From positions 1,448-65,447 of the forward strand of contig JALQUR010000438.1 of the NCBI GenBank assembly GCA_023260695.1: DNA of 64,000 nt, read 5' to 3'. Every line of letters begins with the position of its first letter. The first letter of the stretch is position 1. The translations under genes and the position numbers were made by a program. The DNA comes from Planctomycetaceae bacterium (GTDB taxonomy: Bacteria; Planctomycetota; Planctomycetia; Planctomycetales; Planctomycetaceae). This document shows, in pieces, positions 1 through 9,540 of this stretch. Below the pieces are notes generated by a model. That model saw only the letters and a program-made list of their open reading frames with translations, was not told where the DNA came from and ran no database searches.

Positions 1-173
1 GCAAACTGAATCCCGCTCTCAGCAGCCCTCTCAACGAAGGACCAGACCGGTGGCAGCGAATCTGCAGCGGGAACGACTGTCTCTGTAATGACTTCCGGTG
101 GCGCGTCACTGCACCCCGCCAGAACCAGAACAAATGCACAGGTGCCGTGCAGAATCTGTTGAAAAGAAGGCAT
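1..173 (-). CDS. lipoprotein-like protein, N-terminal fragment (gene runs off the window start)
   Basis: Reverse complement of 1-173 starts at ATG (171-173). It reads MPSFQQILHGTCAFVLVLAGCSDAPPEVITETVVPAADSLPPVWSFVERAAESGIQF and stays open to the window edge. It has a hydrophobic segment followed by a lipobox-like LAGC. It is too short for the ORF track. Confidence 0.45.
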   Translation of the reverse strand, partial: MPSFQQILHGTCAFVLVLAGCSDAPPEVITETVVPAADSLPPVWSFVERAAESGIQF

Positions 174-432
174 AGCGAGAGATTCCATCGTCACAGCGAT
201 ACAAAATGGCGCGGTCTGACATGCATTCTGTGACGCGGTCGATTCAGGTGCAATCCGGAAGTGCCGATTGATGCTGCGATCGCATCCGCTTCGGCAGACC
301 TGACCGAAAATCTCACCGCTGTTTCCTGCTCACCCACATCAGCCGCCTGAAGACTACATCTTTCCAACGCCGCCCCTTATGATATGGTGCTGAGATTCCG
401 ATCTGTTCTCCCTGATACAGGCACTGCCATTC

Positions 433-741
433 ATGATTCACGTGATCGCCACAATTTCTCTGCAGCCAGGTTCCCGAGCAGCCTTTCTGCAGGCATTTCA
501 TGAACTGATGCCCCTTGTCCACGAAGAGGTGGGGTGCATTGAGTACGGACCGGCGATTGACGTTGATGCCGGCCTCCCCAATGGGCCAGCCTTGCGTGAT
601 GACGTTGTTGTCGTTGTGGAAAAATGGGAATCCACTGCAGCTCTTCGTGATCACCTGCAGGCTCCTCACATGACGACGTATCGCGCACAGGTGCGTGAAC
701 TTGTGATCTCAACTCAGATTCAGGTCCTTGAACCAGCCTGA
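433..741 (+). CDS. antibiotic-biosynthesis-monooxygenase (ABM) domain protein, YgiN-like
   Basis: 102-aa ORF with an ATG start. MIHVIATISLQPG...FL..F..L...V..E.GC..Y and VVVVEKWES.AAL..H fit the small ferredoxin-like ABM fold pattern. Confidence 0.75.
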   Translation: MIHVIATISLQPGSRAAFLQAFHELMPLVHEEVGCIEYGPAIDVDAGLPNGPALRDDVVVVVEKWESTAALRDHLQAPHMTTYRAQVRELVISTQIQVLEPA

Positions 742-789
742 ATTCTGTAGTCATCAACCGGCCGTCAGCCCACCCGCTCAGAAAACTCG

Positions 790-1464
790 ATGCTCAGCCC
801 ACGCCTTTACAAATCCACTGGTATCTACGACTTCTTCATCAAGTCTCTGGGATACGAGCGCAGCATCGACCGCTTTCTCTCTGAGCTTGCCGTCGAAATC
901 AAAGGACCTCTGCGGATCCTGGATTCCGGCTGCGGCACCGGGCTGATGGGCCTGCATTTCCTCAGCCGATTTCCTGAAGCGCAGCTTGTTGCCACGGATC
1001 TGGAACCAAACTGCCTGCGAACCACGCTCAGTAATGCCCGTTCACGCAAACTTGCCTGGGACAGAATTCAGACGGGCATCGCTGATATCTCCCACCCGTC
1101 TCGACTGACACTTCCGGACGGTTCGGTCACACAACTGCAGAGATCCAGTTTCCATCTGATCTGCCTCGGAGCTGTCGTGGGTTACGCCAACTGCACTGAA
1201 TCTTCCATCAGGGAACTCATCTCGCTGCTGGCTCCGGGGGGCATACTGATCAACCTGGAGATGAACGAAAGCCCTTCCGGCAAGTTCTTCTCTCGCCAGT
1301 ATCACTACTCCAATATTGCCCTGTCGCAAATGAAGCAGATCTTTCAGGACGAGGGTTGTGAGGTCACGCTGCGTCGATTCCGTTTTCGCCACCTGCCAGC
1401 CAAACTGACGCGCGTCGCAGTGATTGCTCAGCGTTCTGCGGATGCCGCTCAGATCAGCAGCTGA
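790..1464 (+). CDS. class I SAM-dependent methyltransferase
   Basis: 224-aa ORF. SAM-binding motif I is ILDSGCGTGLMG, followed by an acidic residue after beta-2 (VATDLE). Confidence 0.8.
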   Translation: MLSPRLYKSTGIYDFFIKSLGYERSIDRFLSELAVEIKGPLRILDSGCGTGLMGLHFLSRFPEAQLVATDLEPNCLRTTLSNARSRKLAWDRIQTGIADISHPSRLTLPDGSVTQLQRSSFHLICLGAVVGYANCTESSIRELISLLAPGGILINLEMNESPSGKFFSRQYHYSNIALSQMKQIFQDEGCEVTLRRFRFRHLPAKLTRVAVIAQRSADAAQISS

Positions 1465-1518
1465 TTCGCGTTGATTCGTAATCCCCCGGTATTCAGACCA
1501 TGCTGCTCTGCAGCCCGT

Positions 1519-2961
1519 TCAGGACAGGATTTCCTGCACGACGTGGCCATGGACGTCAGTCAGTCGAAACTGCCGGCCCTGGAAACGATAGGTCAGCCGC
1601 TCGTGATCAAATCCCAGCTGATGCAGCACCGTGGCCTGCAGATCGTGCACGTGCACCCGATTCTCCACGGCATTGAATCCCAGCTCATCTGATGCCCCCC
1701 AGTTCATCCCGGGACGGATTCCACCGCCAGCCATCCAGATGGTGAATGCATAAGGATGGTGATCACGTCCCCAGCGTGGCCGATTCCCCAGATCACCCTG
1801 GATGAACGGAGTTCTGCCAAACTCACCGCCCCAGATCACAAGCGTCTCATCGAGTAGTCCAAGACGATCCAGATCCCGTACCAGGGCAGCAGACGGCTGA
1901 TCTGTATCGCGACACTGGCTGTATAACTCCGTGGTGATGGAATTATGCTGATCCCATCCGGCGTGCATCAACTGCACAAAACGAGTTCCGCGTTCCACCA
2001 GACGCCTGGCCAGCAGACAGTTGTGGGCAAACGTCCCGGGCTCCGCCACGCCTGGTCCATACATATCCAGTGTCTGCTGAGTCTCAGAGGAGAAATCGGT
2101 GAGCTCCGGCACACTGGTCTGCATCCGGAACGCCATTTCATACTGCGCTGTTCTGCTGGCCGTTTCCGGATCCCCCGATTCGCGCAGTTTGAGCTCATTG
2201 ATTCTCGCAATATCGTCCAGCCAGGCACGCTTCATCGTCGACGTCATGCCCGAGGGATTGCGGATATACAGAACAGGGTCACCGCTGCCGCGAAATTTCA
2301 CTCCCTGAAATCGCGATGGCAGAAATCCGTTGCCCCAGTAGAAATCATAGAAAATCTGGCCGCAGGTCGTGTTCTTCGTAACTGAGGTCATCACAACAAA
2401 AGCCGGCAACGTCTCCGTCTCAGAGCCAAGCCCCCATGTGGCCCACGCTCCCATCGTCGGGCGTCCGGGAATCTGAGCCCCGCTGAGCAGGAGCTGAATT
2501 GCCGGAGCATGATTCACTGCATCCGTGTGCATGCTGCGAATGAAACACAGGCGGTCGGCAATCCCAGCGGTGTGCGGCAGAAAGTCACTCACCCACGCTC
2601 CGCTGTCGCCACGCTGCCGAAATGGCTCCACCGGAGCAAGCATCAGCTTGCCATCAGCATTGCCAGTCATCGTGCTGAAGCGTTTGCCTTCTGAGAAGCC
2701 GGCGGGCAAAGGCTTGCCGTGCAGACGCTGCAATTCCGGCTTGAAATCGAAAAGATCGACGTGCGTCGGAGCGCCATTCTGGAACAGATAGATCACACGT
2801 TTGGCACGCGGAGCAAAATGCGGCAGGAGCGGACGTTCATTTGCCGACGCACCGCTCCCCTGCAGCAATTCAGCCAGCGCAACTCCACCAAGCCCAAGGG
2901 ATGTGCGTCCCAGCAGTTCTCGGCGAGTCAGATCTGTAACCGACTCTGATATCGGATGCAT
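1519..2961 (-). CDS. DUF1501 domain protein (sulfatase-like fold, Tat signal)
   Basis: 480 aa. N-terminal twin-arginine region is TRRELLGRTSLGLGGVALA. C-terminal GGEFGRTP...GRDHHP..F..WMAGGG is typical of DUF1501. It sits 60 nt downstream of the PSCyt/DUF1553 gene on the same strand. Confidence 0.9.
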   Translation of the reverse strand: MHPISESVTDLTRRELLGRTSLGLGGVALAELLQGSGASANERPLLPHFAPRAKRVIYLFQNGAPTHVDLFDFKPELQRLHGKPLPAGFSEGKRFSTMTGNADGKLMLAPVEPFRQRGDSGAWVSDFLPHTAGIADRLCFIRSMHTDAVNHAPAIQLLLSGAQIPGRPTMGAWATWGLGSETETLPAFVVMTSVTKNTTCGQIFYDFYWGNGFLPSRFQGVKFRGSGDPVLYIRNPSGMTSTMKRAWLDDIARINELKLRESGDPETASRTAQYEMAFRMQTSVPELTDFSSETQQTLDMYGPGVAEPGTFAHNCLLARRLVERGTRFVQLMHAGWDQHNSITTELYSQCRDTDQPSAALVRDLDRLGLLDETLVIWGGEFGRTPFIQGDLGNRPRWGRDHHPYAFTIWMAGGGIRPGMNWGASDELGFNAVENRVHVHDLQATVLHQLGFDHERLTYRFQGRQFRLTDVHGHVVQEILS

Positions 2962-3021
2962 GTTTCTGTTTCCTGTCTGAGATCCCGGTACTGGCCCTGC
3001 GGCCGGCTGTCCGGAAATTCG

Positions 3022-6000
3022 CTATTCACGCGTCAATGCTTCGTCCAGATTCAGAACTGCCAGTGACAACGCCGACCACGCTGCATGTTCGGCAGGTTCG
3101 AGCTGCTCCGCTGCAGGAGCTTCCCCGGCAGATACCAGCTGCTGTGCCAGTGCTGAATCAGCGGCAAACTGCAGCCGCGACCGCTCCAGTCCAGCCAGCA
3201 GCACCTCCGCTTCCCTGTCCTCAGGTGGGCGACAAAGCACACGTTCGAACACCAGTTGCAGCCGTTCACGATCAGAAAGACCCACTGGCTGCAGGACTCG
3301 CTGAGCAAGGACCCGCGCCGCTTCCACGTAGGTCACATCATTGAACAGCTGCAACGCATGCAGCGGAGAATTCGTTCGAAAGACATCAACCGAACACGTC
3401 TGGCGAGGAGAGTTATCGAAGAAAATTGTGGGGCCGATGATTCTCCGCCAGAACACATACAGACTGCGGCGATACAGAGATTCCCCGTGATCCTGTGTGT
3501 ACTTCTTGCGGCCAAATGTTGCATCCTCCCAGACACCCTCCGGCTGATACACATTCACCGGCGGGCCACCCTGCCGAACAGACAGCAGGCCACTGGCTGC
3601 CAGTGCCTGATCACGCAGCATCCACGATGCCAGTCGATATCGCGGAGCTCTCGACAGCAGGCGATTTTCCGGATCGTGCTCCATCTGCAGCTCTGTCCGA
3701 CGCGACGTCTGACGGTAGGTATGGCTGAGCACAATCGTCCGCAGGAGCTGCTTCAGATTCCAGCCGGAATCTCTGAATTCACAGGCCAGCCAGTCCAGCA
3801 GATGTTCCTGCTGAGGAATTTCTCCCTGCACTCCGAAATCACTTGCCGTTTTTACCAGGCCCTGGCCAAACAGCAGCTGCCAGTAACGATTGACCAGAAC
3901 TCGTGCGGTGAGCGGATTCCGGTCATCCATGAGCCATCGCGCCAGCTCAAGGCGACTGGGCTCGCCGTCACTTTCCAGTCGTGGCAGACTTACAGGAGTT
4001 CCCGCCGTCACAGCGTCTCCCGGCGCAGTGTACAGACCACGATCGAGCATGAACGTCTCTCTGCGTTCACTGCGATCTTCCATCACCATCACTTTCGGAA
4101 TCTCACGACGCACCGCAGCCAGCCTGTCCTCTGCCTGTTTCTTCTCCGAGGTCAGCCGTTTCCATTCTTCGTCACTGGCCTGATGCTGCTCCCGCACCAA
4201 CTGAGTCTGCTCCGACGTTCGTTCTGAAACGGGAGTCCGCAATGCCAGCAGCAGCTGCTGGTCCTTCTCTTCGTTGAGTCCGGCTTCCGCGCTACTGCTG
4301 ATGGATACCCGGAACCGACCCAGATTGTGGCTTGCATGCGCCGAGTCGTGCCGCAGGATCAGCTTCAGACGATCTCCATCCTGAAGTTCAACCGGCTCAG
4401 CCAGCCGGAGTACAGCAGCATGATCCCGATCAATCGGGCGGCCTTCGTAAACAGCCCAGCCTGACTGCCTGTCGCCATCAAAGACCTTGTCAATGGTCAG
4501 TGCACCCTGCTCAAATGTTGCCTGACCGCCGACAAAGCGAATCTGCTGTTCCTGGTCTGCCCGAAGCAGATACAGCTCCAGTTCAGTCAGCACAAAATTG
4601 CCGCTGTCGGACCTTGCCAGACCACCCCCCGTGTGAGTCTCGTGCCGCAGTGCATCCAGCCGCAACGCAACCACTCGCTCAGCAGGTACCGCCGCCACCA
4701 GCGTGTAAGTGTCATTCGTCGGATTCGGGCCCGAAGCCAGAATCGCACCATCTGCAGACTGCTTCAGCTGCTGATGCTCAGCCCGCAACTGCTCTGCCGT
4801 CAATGGCTTCCACAACAGCTCAGTTCCCGGCTGCAGTTGCTGTTGTTCCCACGCAGGCTGAGTCTGCAGCAGTTCATCAGCTCGCTGTCTGAACCGGTCG
4901 GCCAGCTCCTGCAGCTGCTGTTGCTGTGCCGTGATCTGCATCGACTGTTCCGTAGTGGGAGCTTCCAGTACCGGCGCTGTCTGGCCACTTCCACCACCTC
5001 CATTGACCGGTGTCTGATTGAAAAAGGCAAAGAATCGGTAGTAATCCTGCTGTGTCAGTGAATCGAATTTGTGATCGTGACAGCGGCAGCAGTTCAGAGT
5101 CAGCCCCAGCCAGACAGTGCCCGTTGTTTCCGCCATGTCCATCACGTAATCCACACGGTTCTCTTCCGCGATGCGGCCACCTTCACCGTTGATCATATGA
5201 TTGCGGCAGAATCCCGTGGCGAGCTTCTGTTCAAACCCCGAATTGGGCAGCAGGTCTCCTGCAAGCTGCCATGCTGTGAACTGATCGAATGGTTGGTTCT
5301 GGTTAAACGCCTGCACAACCCAGTCGCGCCACGGCCACATTGTTCGTTCCTGATCCCCCTGATAGCCATTGCTGTCCGCATATCTGGCTGCATCCAGCCA
5401 GTCCCATGCCATGCGTTCGCCAAACGCCGGAGAATCGAGGAAACGATCGACCAGACGTTCATACGCACCCTCATTCATGTCTGCCAGAAATGCTGCGACC
5501 TCGTCAGCAGTCGGCGGAAGACCACGCAGATCCAGTGAGAGTCGTCGAATCAACGTGCGGCGGTCCGCCTCCGCACTGGCCTGCAACGGGCTCTGCTGCA
5601 GTCGGGCCTGCACGAACGCATCAATCGGATTGCGAATCACCACTCCCACGGTCGCGGTCACCTGCGGAATCTCCGGACGCTGCACTGCCTGCCAGGACCA
5701 GTGCTGATTCCACTCCGCTCCGGCATCGATCCATGCCCCAATGAGCTCCTGCTGAGCAGCTGTGAGTACATGTCCGGAATCCGGCGGAGGCATCTGCAGA
5801 TCCGCATCGATTGAAGTGATTCGCGCGTACAACTCACTCTCACCACGTGCCCCGGCTCTGATCACACGCATTGCTTCCTGCTGATCATGCAGTGCCAGAT
5901 CAGCTTCTCGTTGTTCCGCATCCGGCCCATGGCACTGAAAACAGTTTTCCGACAGCAGGGGCAGAATCTGTCGACTGAAATCCGGCGAATCAGCAGCCTG

Positions 6001-6054
6001 CAGCGGAATCATCGTCAGAAATGCCAGCCAGACCGGCAATGGGCGGTCAATCAT
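3022..6054 (-). CDS. PSCyt (planctomycete cytochrome c) / DUF1549 / DUF1553 protein
   Basis: 1010 aa with a signal peptide. CxxCH heme motif is NCFQCHGPD. DUF1549-type RRLSLDLRGLPPT is present. Conserved CCRCHDHKFD and a C-terminal DUF1553-like region are also present. Confidence 0.9.
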   Translation of the reverse strand: MIDRPLPVWLAFLTMIPLQAADSPDFSRQILPLLSENCFQCHGPDAEQREADLALHDQQEAMRVIRAGARGESELYARITSIDADLQMPPPDSGHVLTAAQQELIGAWIDAGAEWNQHWSWQAVQRPEIPQVTATVGVVIRNPIDAFVQARLQQSPLQASAEADRRTLIRRLSLDLRGLPPTADEVAAFLADMNEGAYERLVDRFLDSPAFGERMAWDWLDAARYADSNGYQGDQERTMWPWRDWVVQAFNQNQPFDQFTAWQLAGDLLPNSGFEQKLATGFCRNHMINGEGGRIAEENRVDYVMDMAETTGTVWLGLTLNCCRCHDHKFDSLTQQDYYRFFAFFNQTPVNGGGGSGQTAPVLEAPTTEQSMQITAQQQQLQELADRFRQRADELLQTQPAWEQQQLQPGTELLWKPLTAEQLRAEHQQLKQSADGAILASGPNPTNDTYTLVAAVPAERVVALRLDALRHETHTGGGLARSDSGNFVLTELELYLLRADQEQQIRFVGGQATFEQGALTIDKVFDGDRQSGWAVYEGRPIDRDHAAVLRLAEPVELQDGDRLKLILRHDSAHASHNLGRFRVSISSSAEAGLNEEKDQQLLLALRTPVSERTSEQTQLVREQHQASDEEWKRLTSEKKQAEDRLAAVRREIPKVMVMEDRSERRETFMLDRGLYTAPGDAVTAGTPVSLPRLESDGEPSRLELARWLMDDRNPLTARVLVNRYWQLLFGQGLVKTASDFGVQGEIPQQEHLLDWLACEFRDSGWNLKQLLRTIVLSHTYRQTSRRTELQMEHDPENRLLSRAPRYRLASWMLRDQALAASGLLSVRQGGPPVNVYQPEGVWEDATFGRKKYTQDHGESLYRRSLYVFWRRIIGPTIFFDNSPRQTCSVDVFRTNSPLHALQLFNDVTYVEAARVLAQRVLQPVGLSDRERLQLVFERVLCRPPEDREAEVLLAGLERSRLQFAADSALAQQLVSAGEAPAAEQLEPAEHAAWSALSLAVLNLDEALTRE

Positions 6055-6144
6055 CAGAACTTCCTCTGGCGGGTAATTGGAGTAGAGCGGAGGTGGGCCG
6101 GGTATTGTAACACGCCTGCACCATTTGACAGATGCAAAAGGTAT

Positions 6145-7539
6145 TCAGGACAGCAGGAGTTCTGTGCGGCCCTTGCGGATATCAAAGCAGACGACCACAG
6201 CATCTTCCTCACGAACCCATGTTCCGCTCACCAGATCCTGCTTCCGTTGCACTTCCCGGAGCGACTGCTGTTCACCCATCCATGAGATTACAGGCGGGGC
6301 ACTGATCCTCTGAGTCGTGCAGGAAAGCGTCAGATCGGGACATTCAAACGGAGACTCCAGCTCAACCCGGTCCGCCTGGCGACGGATCGCCGTGAGTTCC
6401 CTGGTGGCCCAGTAGCGAGCAATTTCACTGAGCTTCATCCACAGAATCCGATCACGGAATCTCGCGTGAATCGAATCCACGACCCGCTGAAATGCCCGGA
6501 ATCCCGTGCGGGTTCCATTGCTGTACATTCCCGGCCAGTGACACAGAAAGAATCCCGGCTGTCCGCGCAACAGCAGTTCCACCAGCCGGCCGGATGTGGC
6601 TTCTGCATCTGCGTACAGATCCGGACGTGGCTCTACATCTCCTTCCCATCCACCGAACCAGTCACCTGTACCAGCGGGAATATTCACCGTCAGGTTCGGT
6701 GAGCCACCGGCGAGACCCGAAACATGCTCCAGCGTTGGCTCGGTGCTTCCGTCTCCGTCAATCACATACTTGAAATAGTGTGGAATCTCCACAGGAAAGA
6801 CATCCCGCACCGCCTGCTGGACAGCCAGAGACAACTCCGGTTTGACAAGGTTGCCAAATCCTCCCGGAGTCGTGATTCCTTCACACGGCAGCCCGCAGTT
6901 TCTCAGAATTCTGAGTGCGTAGGCGAGATACTCGGCGATCTGATCAACGCTCTGCGGTTGTCGTGGCCACGAGTTCTCCATCGTTGCCGGGCTGATCTCC
7001 TCCAGAGGTCGTCCGGTCTTCAGATCGATCACTCGCGTGTGGGTAATCATCTCCGGGTGAATATCCCAGTTCGGCAGCATCAGATCACGAACCAGCTGCA
7101 GGCTGTTCTGAAGATCCTTTCGAGACCAGCCGGGAAGTTCCCGATCCAGCCAGCCGGTGCAGGCCGGATAGGGCACGATGCTGTATTTCCCCTTCACGCC
7201 CCGCGACGCGCACCACTCGCCAAATTCTCGCACAAACAGATCCGGGATTTCACGCGGAAACGTCTGCCATGGCTTCTGGTACACCGGACGATCCGGGTAG
7301 CAGGCGTGGAACTGCGGGATACAGAAATGCCCCATGTTTACCAGGCAGGTGGAATCATCGATGATGAAGGTGAGCGGAAGCCGTGCCCGCGGAAAAACGA
7401 TCCGGGCGCTGTCATCCTGTTGCGGACGCTCTCCCGGGGGAGCCTGAGCAAAAACGGAGGGACTCCTCCATCCGTGCAGCGTTGCCGCAGCCGCGGCAGT
7501 ACCTGCCAGAAAAGCACGCCGATTGATCCCAGCAGCCAT
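6145..7539 (-). CDS. Tat-signal exported hypothetical protein
   Basis: I trimmed the ORF to the ATG at 7539, which is preceded by GGGAGGAAG. The N-terminus MAAGINRRAFLAGTAAAAATLHG is a twin-arginine signal. I recognise no family with certainty. It sits 90 nt upstream of the PSCyt gene on the same strand. Confidence 0.7.
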   Translation of the reverse strand: MAAGINRRAFLAGTAAAAATLHGWRSPSVFAQAPPGERPQQDDSARIVFPRARLPLTFIIDDSTCLVNMGHFCIPQFHACYPDRPVYQKPWQTFPREIPDLFVREFGEWCASRGVKGKYSIVPYPACTGWLDRELPGWSRKDLQNSLQLVRDLMLPNWDIHPEMITHTRVIDLKTGRPLEEISPATMENSWPRQPQSVDQIAEYLAYALRILRNCGLPCEGITTPGGFGNLVKPELSLAVQQAVRDVFPVEIPHYFKYVIDGDGSTEPTLEHVSGLAGGSPNLTVNIPAGTGDWFGGWEGDVEPRPDLYADAEATSGRLVELLLRGQPGFFLCHWPGMYSNGTRTGFRAFQRVVDSIHARFRDRILWMKLSEIARYWATRELTAIRRQADRVELESPFECPDLTLSCTTQRISAPPVISWMGEQQSLREVQRKQDLVSGTWVREEDAVVVCFDIRKGRTELLLS

Positions 7540-8185
7540 CGTCTTCCTCCCGCCTGTACAACCACACAGATCTGCCGCAAGCAAAGCGGTTTCAGCCAGA
7601 CTGCACCGCTGCAGCAGAGATTAGCGTCCCGCGTGCACAATGTCTTCGCTGCCGCAGGCTGATCCGCACCCCAGTCTGCTGTAAACCCGCAGGCCCGCGC
7701 TCCGTCAAATGCTACCTGCAGCTTTTTCCGTGAGCAGATTCGCTCGCATTTTCCAAAGCCGGAAGTAGTCTGTGGCAGCCGGATCTGCGGACACACGATG
7801 CAACAGCGACACCATGCGTCAGCGAGCACCTGGCAATGTCGCTCATGCAATCCAACGGGAGATCCGCAGAAACTCCATGAGCTTTTCTCAAGGAAGTCTG
7901 TTTGCATGCCCGGTAAGTCCCCTCAGAATGCTGCGGTTCACTGGTTCAGCAGGCAAATCCCGATACCATAACGCAGGGAGGTTCGCCCTCTCGCCTGCAA
8001 AGTCCGGTTTGCTCCCCGACGGCAGTCCAGGTGCCAAAGTTCAAGGTGCAGGGGCCGGACAAAAGCATCCTGCGGCTGCTTTCCAGTCAGCACTGCATTT
8101 TCCTGCCAGCCAGCTGCACTCCCGAATGTCTCCAACAGTTCTCTCCTGTCGCTGAATCGCAAGATCAGCAAAGAAGTTCATCCTG

Positions 8186-9535
8186 ATGCCTGAACTGCCG
8201 ACAGTGCGATATGCATCTCTGACTGATGTCGGGATGCGCAGAGCAACGAACCAGGATTCCCTGGCGATTCGGCTGAGCTCAGATTTTGACTCGTGGGCGA
8301 ACCAGGGCCACCTGTTTGTTGTTGCTGACGGCATGGGTGGGCATGCCGTCGGTGATCTTGCCAGCCGCATCGTTTCTGACTCACTCCCCCTGGCCTGGTC
8401 CAAATCATCACTGGAAGAACCTGCGGAACGTCTGCAGGAGGCAGTTCACGCAGCAAATCGAGCGATCAACGACCGTGCGTTGCAGAACCCGGAATTCAGG
8501 GGGATGGGTACTACCTGCAGCGTGCTCAATCTGTCCAGCAGGGGAGCATTCATCGGACACGTCGGTGACAGCCGTGTTTATCGCCTTCGACATGGTCTGC
8601 TGCAACAACTCACCTTCGACCACAGTCTGCAGTGGGAAATGATCCGTCTGGGACGTTCCACTGCTGAAAATGTGGAGAATGAACATCCCCGCAATGTGAT
8701 CACACGCTGTCTCGGACCGGACCTGCGGGTCAATGTGGACATTGAAGGCCCCTTTTCTGTCCACCCGGGAGACATATTTCTGCTCTGTTCCGATGGTCTG
8801 ACCAACCATGTGAGTGACGCGGAAATCGGACGGACACTCCGGGAATTACCTGTGACCGAATCCTGTCGCTTCCTCATTAATCTGGCCAATTGTCGAGGAG
8901 GACTTGATAACAGCACTGCCATTGTTGTGCAGATCGAACAGTACCCCGATGTTGCCGGAACTCTGTCGGACAGCGCCTTTGTCTCGCCACTGCCACCAGC
9001 ACCGGCTCAAACAGCACCACAGCAGCAGGCAAATCGCCCTCTGACTGTCGTCGGAGTGCTGCTCACAATTATTGCCGCTGCTGCCTGCTTCCTGACCGGC
9101 TGGATGCTTATGGGCGTCATTGTGCTGGGGACGGGATTGTTGTTTCTGCGCCCATGGAGACGGTCGCCGAAGCCCGAGGTTACTCAGCCACCACTTCCTG
9201 TGGCTGTCGCTGAGGTTTCACAGGAATCGCGGCCACATATCGAATCCTGTAGTCAGCTGCGTTCCTCATTTCTGCCCCAGTCTCCATATCGCAGCACTGA
9301 AAGTTTCTCGCCGGAATACCTGCAGACACTGGTTGCAGATGTGCTCCGAGAACTGTTGCGCAACGCCGAAACCTCAGGCTGGAAAACTGAGACTCAGATC
9401 AGGGAAATTCAGAGCAGCAACACCAACGAAAAGGGCAGCAATTCCGAACAACTCCTCCGAAAAGTTCGCAGTGTCAACGCAGTCATGCGGGATTTCTATG
9501 CGGCGGTGCGAGGAACAGGGGGGAGCGGCATCTGA
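8186..9535 (+). CDS. PP2C-family Ser/Thr protein phosphatase with membrane anchor and C-terminal extension
   Basis: MRRATNQDS and VVADGMGGHAVGDLAS are PP2C motifs I/II. A hydrophobic stretch LTVVGVLLTIIAAAACFLTGWMLMGVIVLGTGLLFL lies after about 280 aa. A tail of about 110 aa follows. Confidence 0.85.
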   Translation: MPELPTVRYASLTDVGMRRATNQDSLAIRLSSDFDSWANQGHLFVVADGMGGHAVGDLASRIVSDSLPLAWSKSSLEEPAERLQEAVHAANRAINDRALQNPEFRGMGTTCSVLNLSSRGAFIGHVGDSRVYRLRHGLLQQLTFDHSLQWEMIRLGRSTAENVENEHPRNVITRCLGPDLRVNVDIEGPFSVHPGDIFLLCSDGLTNHVSDAEIGRTLRELPVTESCRFLINLANCRGGLDNSTAIVVQIEQYPDVAGTLSDSAFVSPLPPAPAQTAPQQQANRPLTVVGVLLTIIAAAACFLTGWMLMGVIVLGTGLLFLRPWRRSPKPEVTQPPLPVAVAEVSQESRPHIESCSQLRSSFLPQSPYRSTESFSPEYLQTLVADVLRELLRNAETSGWKTETQIREIQSSNTNEKGSNSEQLLRKVRSVNAVMRDFYAAVRGTGGSGI

Positions 9536-9540
9536 GCTGC

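Noticed and set aside
313-757. Minus-strand ORFs 313..669 and 431..757 overlapping the ABM gene.
   Set aside because: The plus-strand 102-aa product has a recognisable ABM-fold pattern. The antisense translations have none.
7999-8007. AAAGTCCGG, reminiscent of the RNase P RNA CR-I motif (GGAAAGUCCGG).
   Set aside because: None of the other universally conserved RNase P segments, nor the expected pairing partners, are present in the surrounding 400 nt on either strand.
7772-8155. 127-aa ORF in the large intergenic gap. Minus-strand ORFs 7338..7907 and 8041..8403 fall in the same area.
   Set aside because: Codon usage is unlike neighbouring genes, there is no Shine-Dalgarno-like sequence, and the peptides are basic and low-information. 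The minus-strand ORFs overlap real gene ends.
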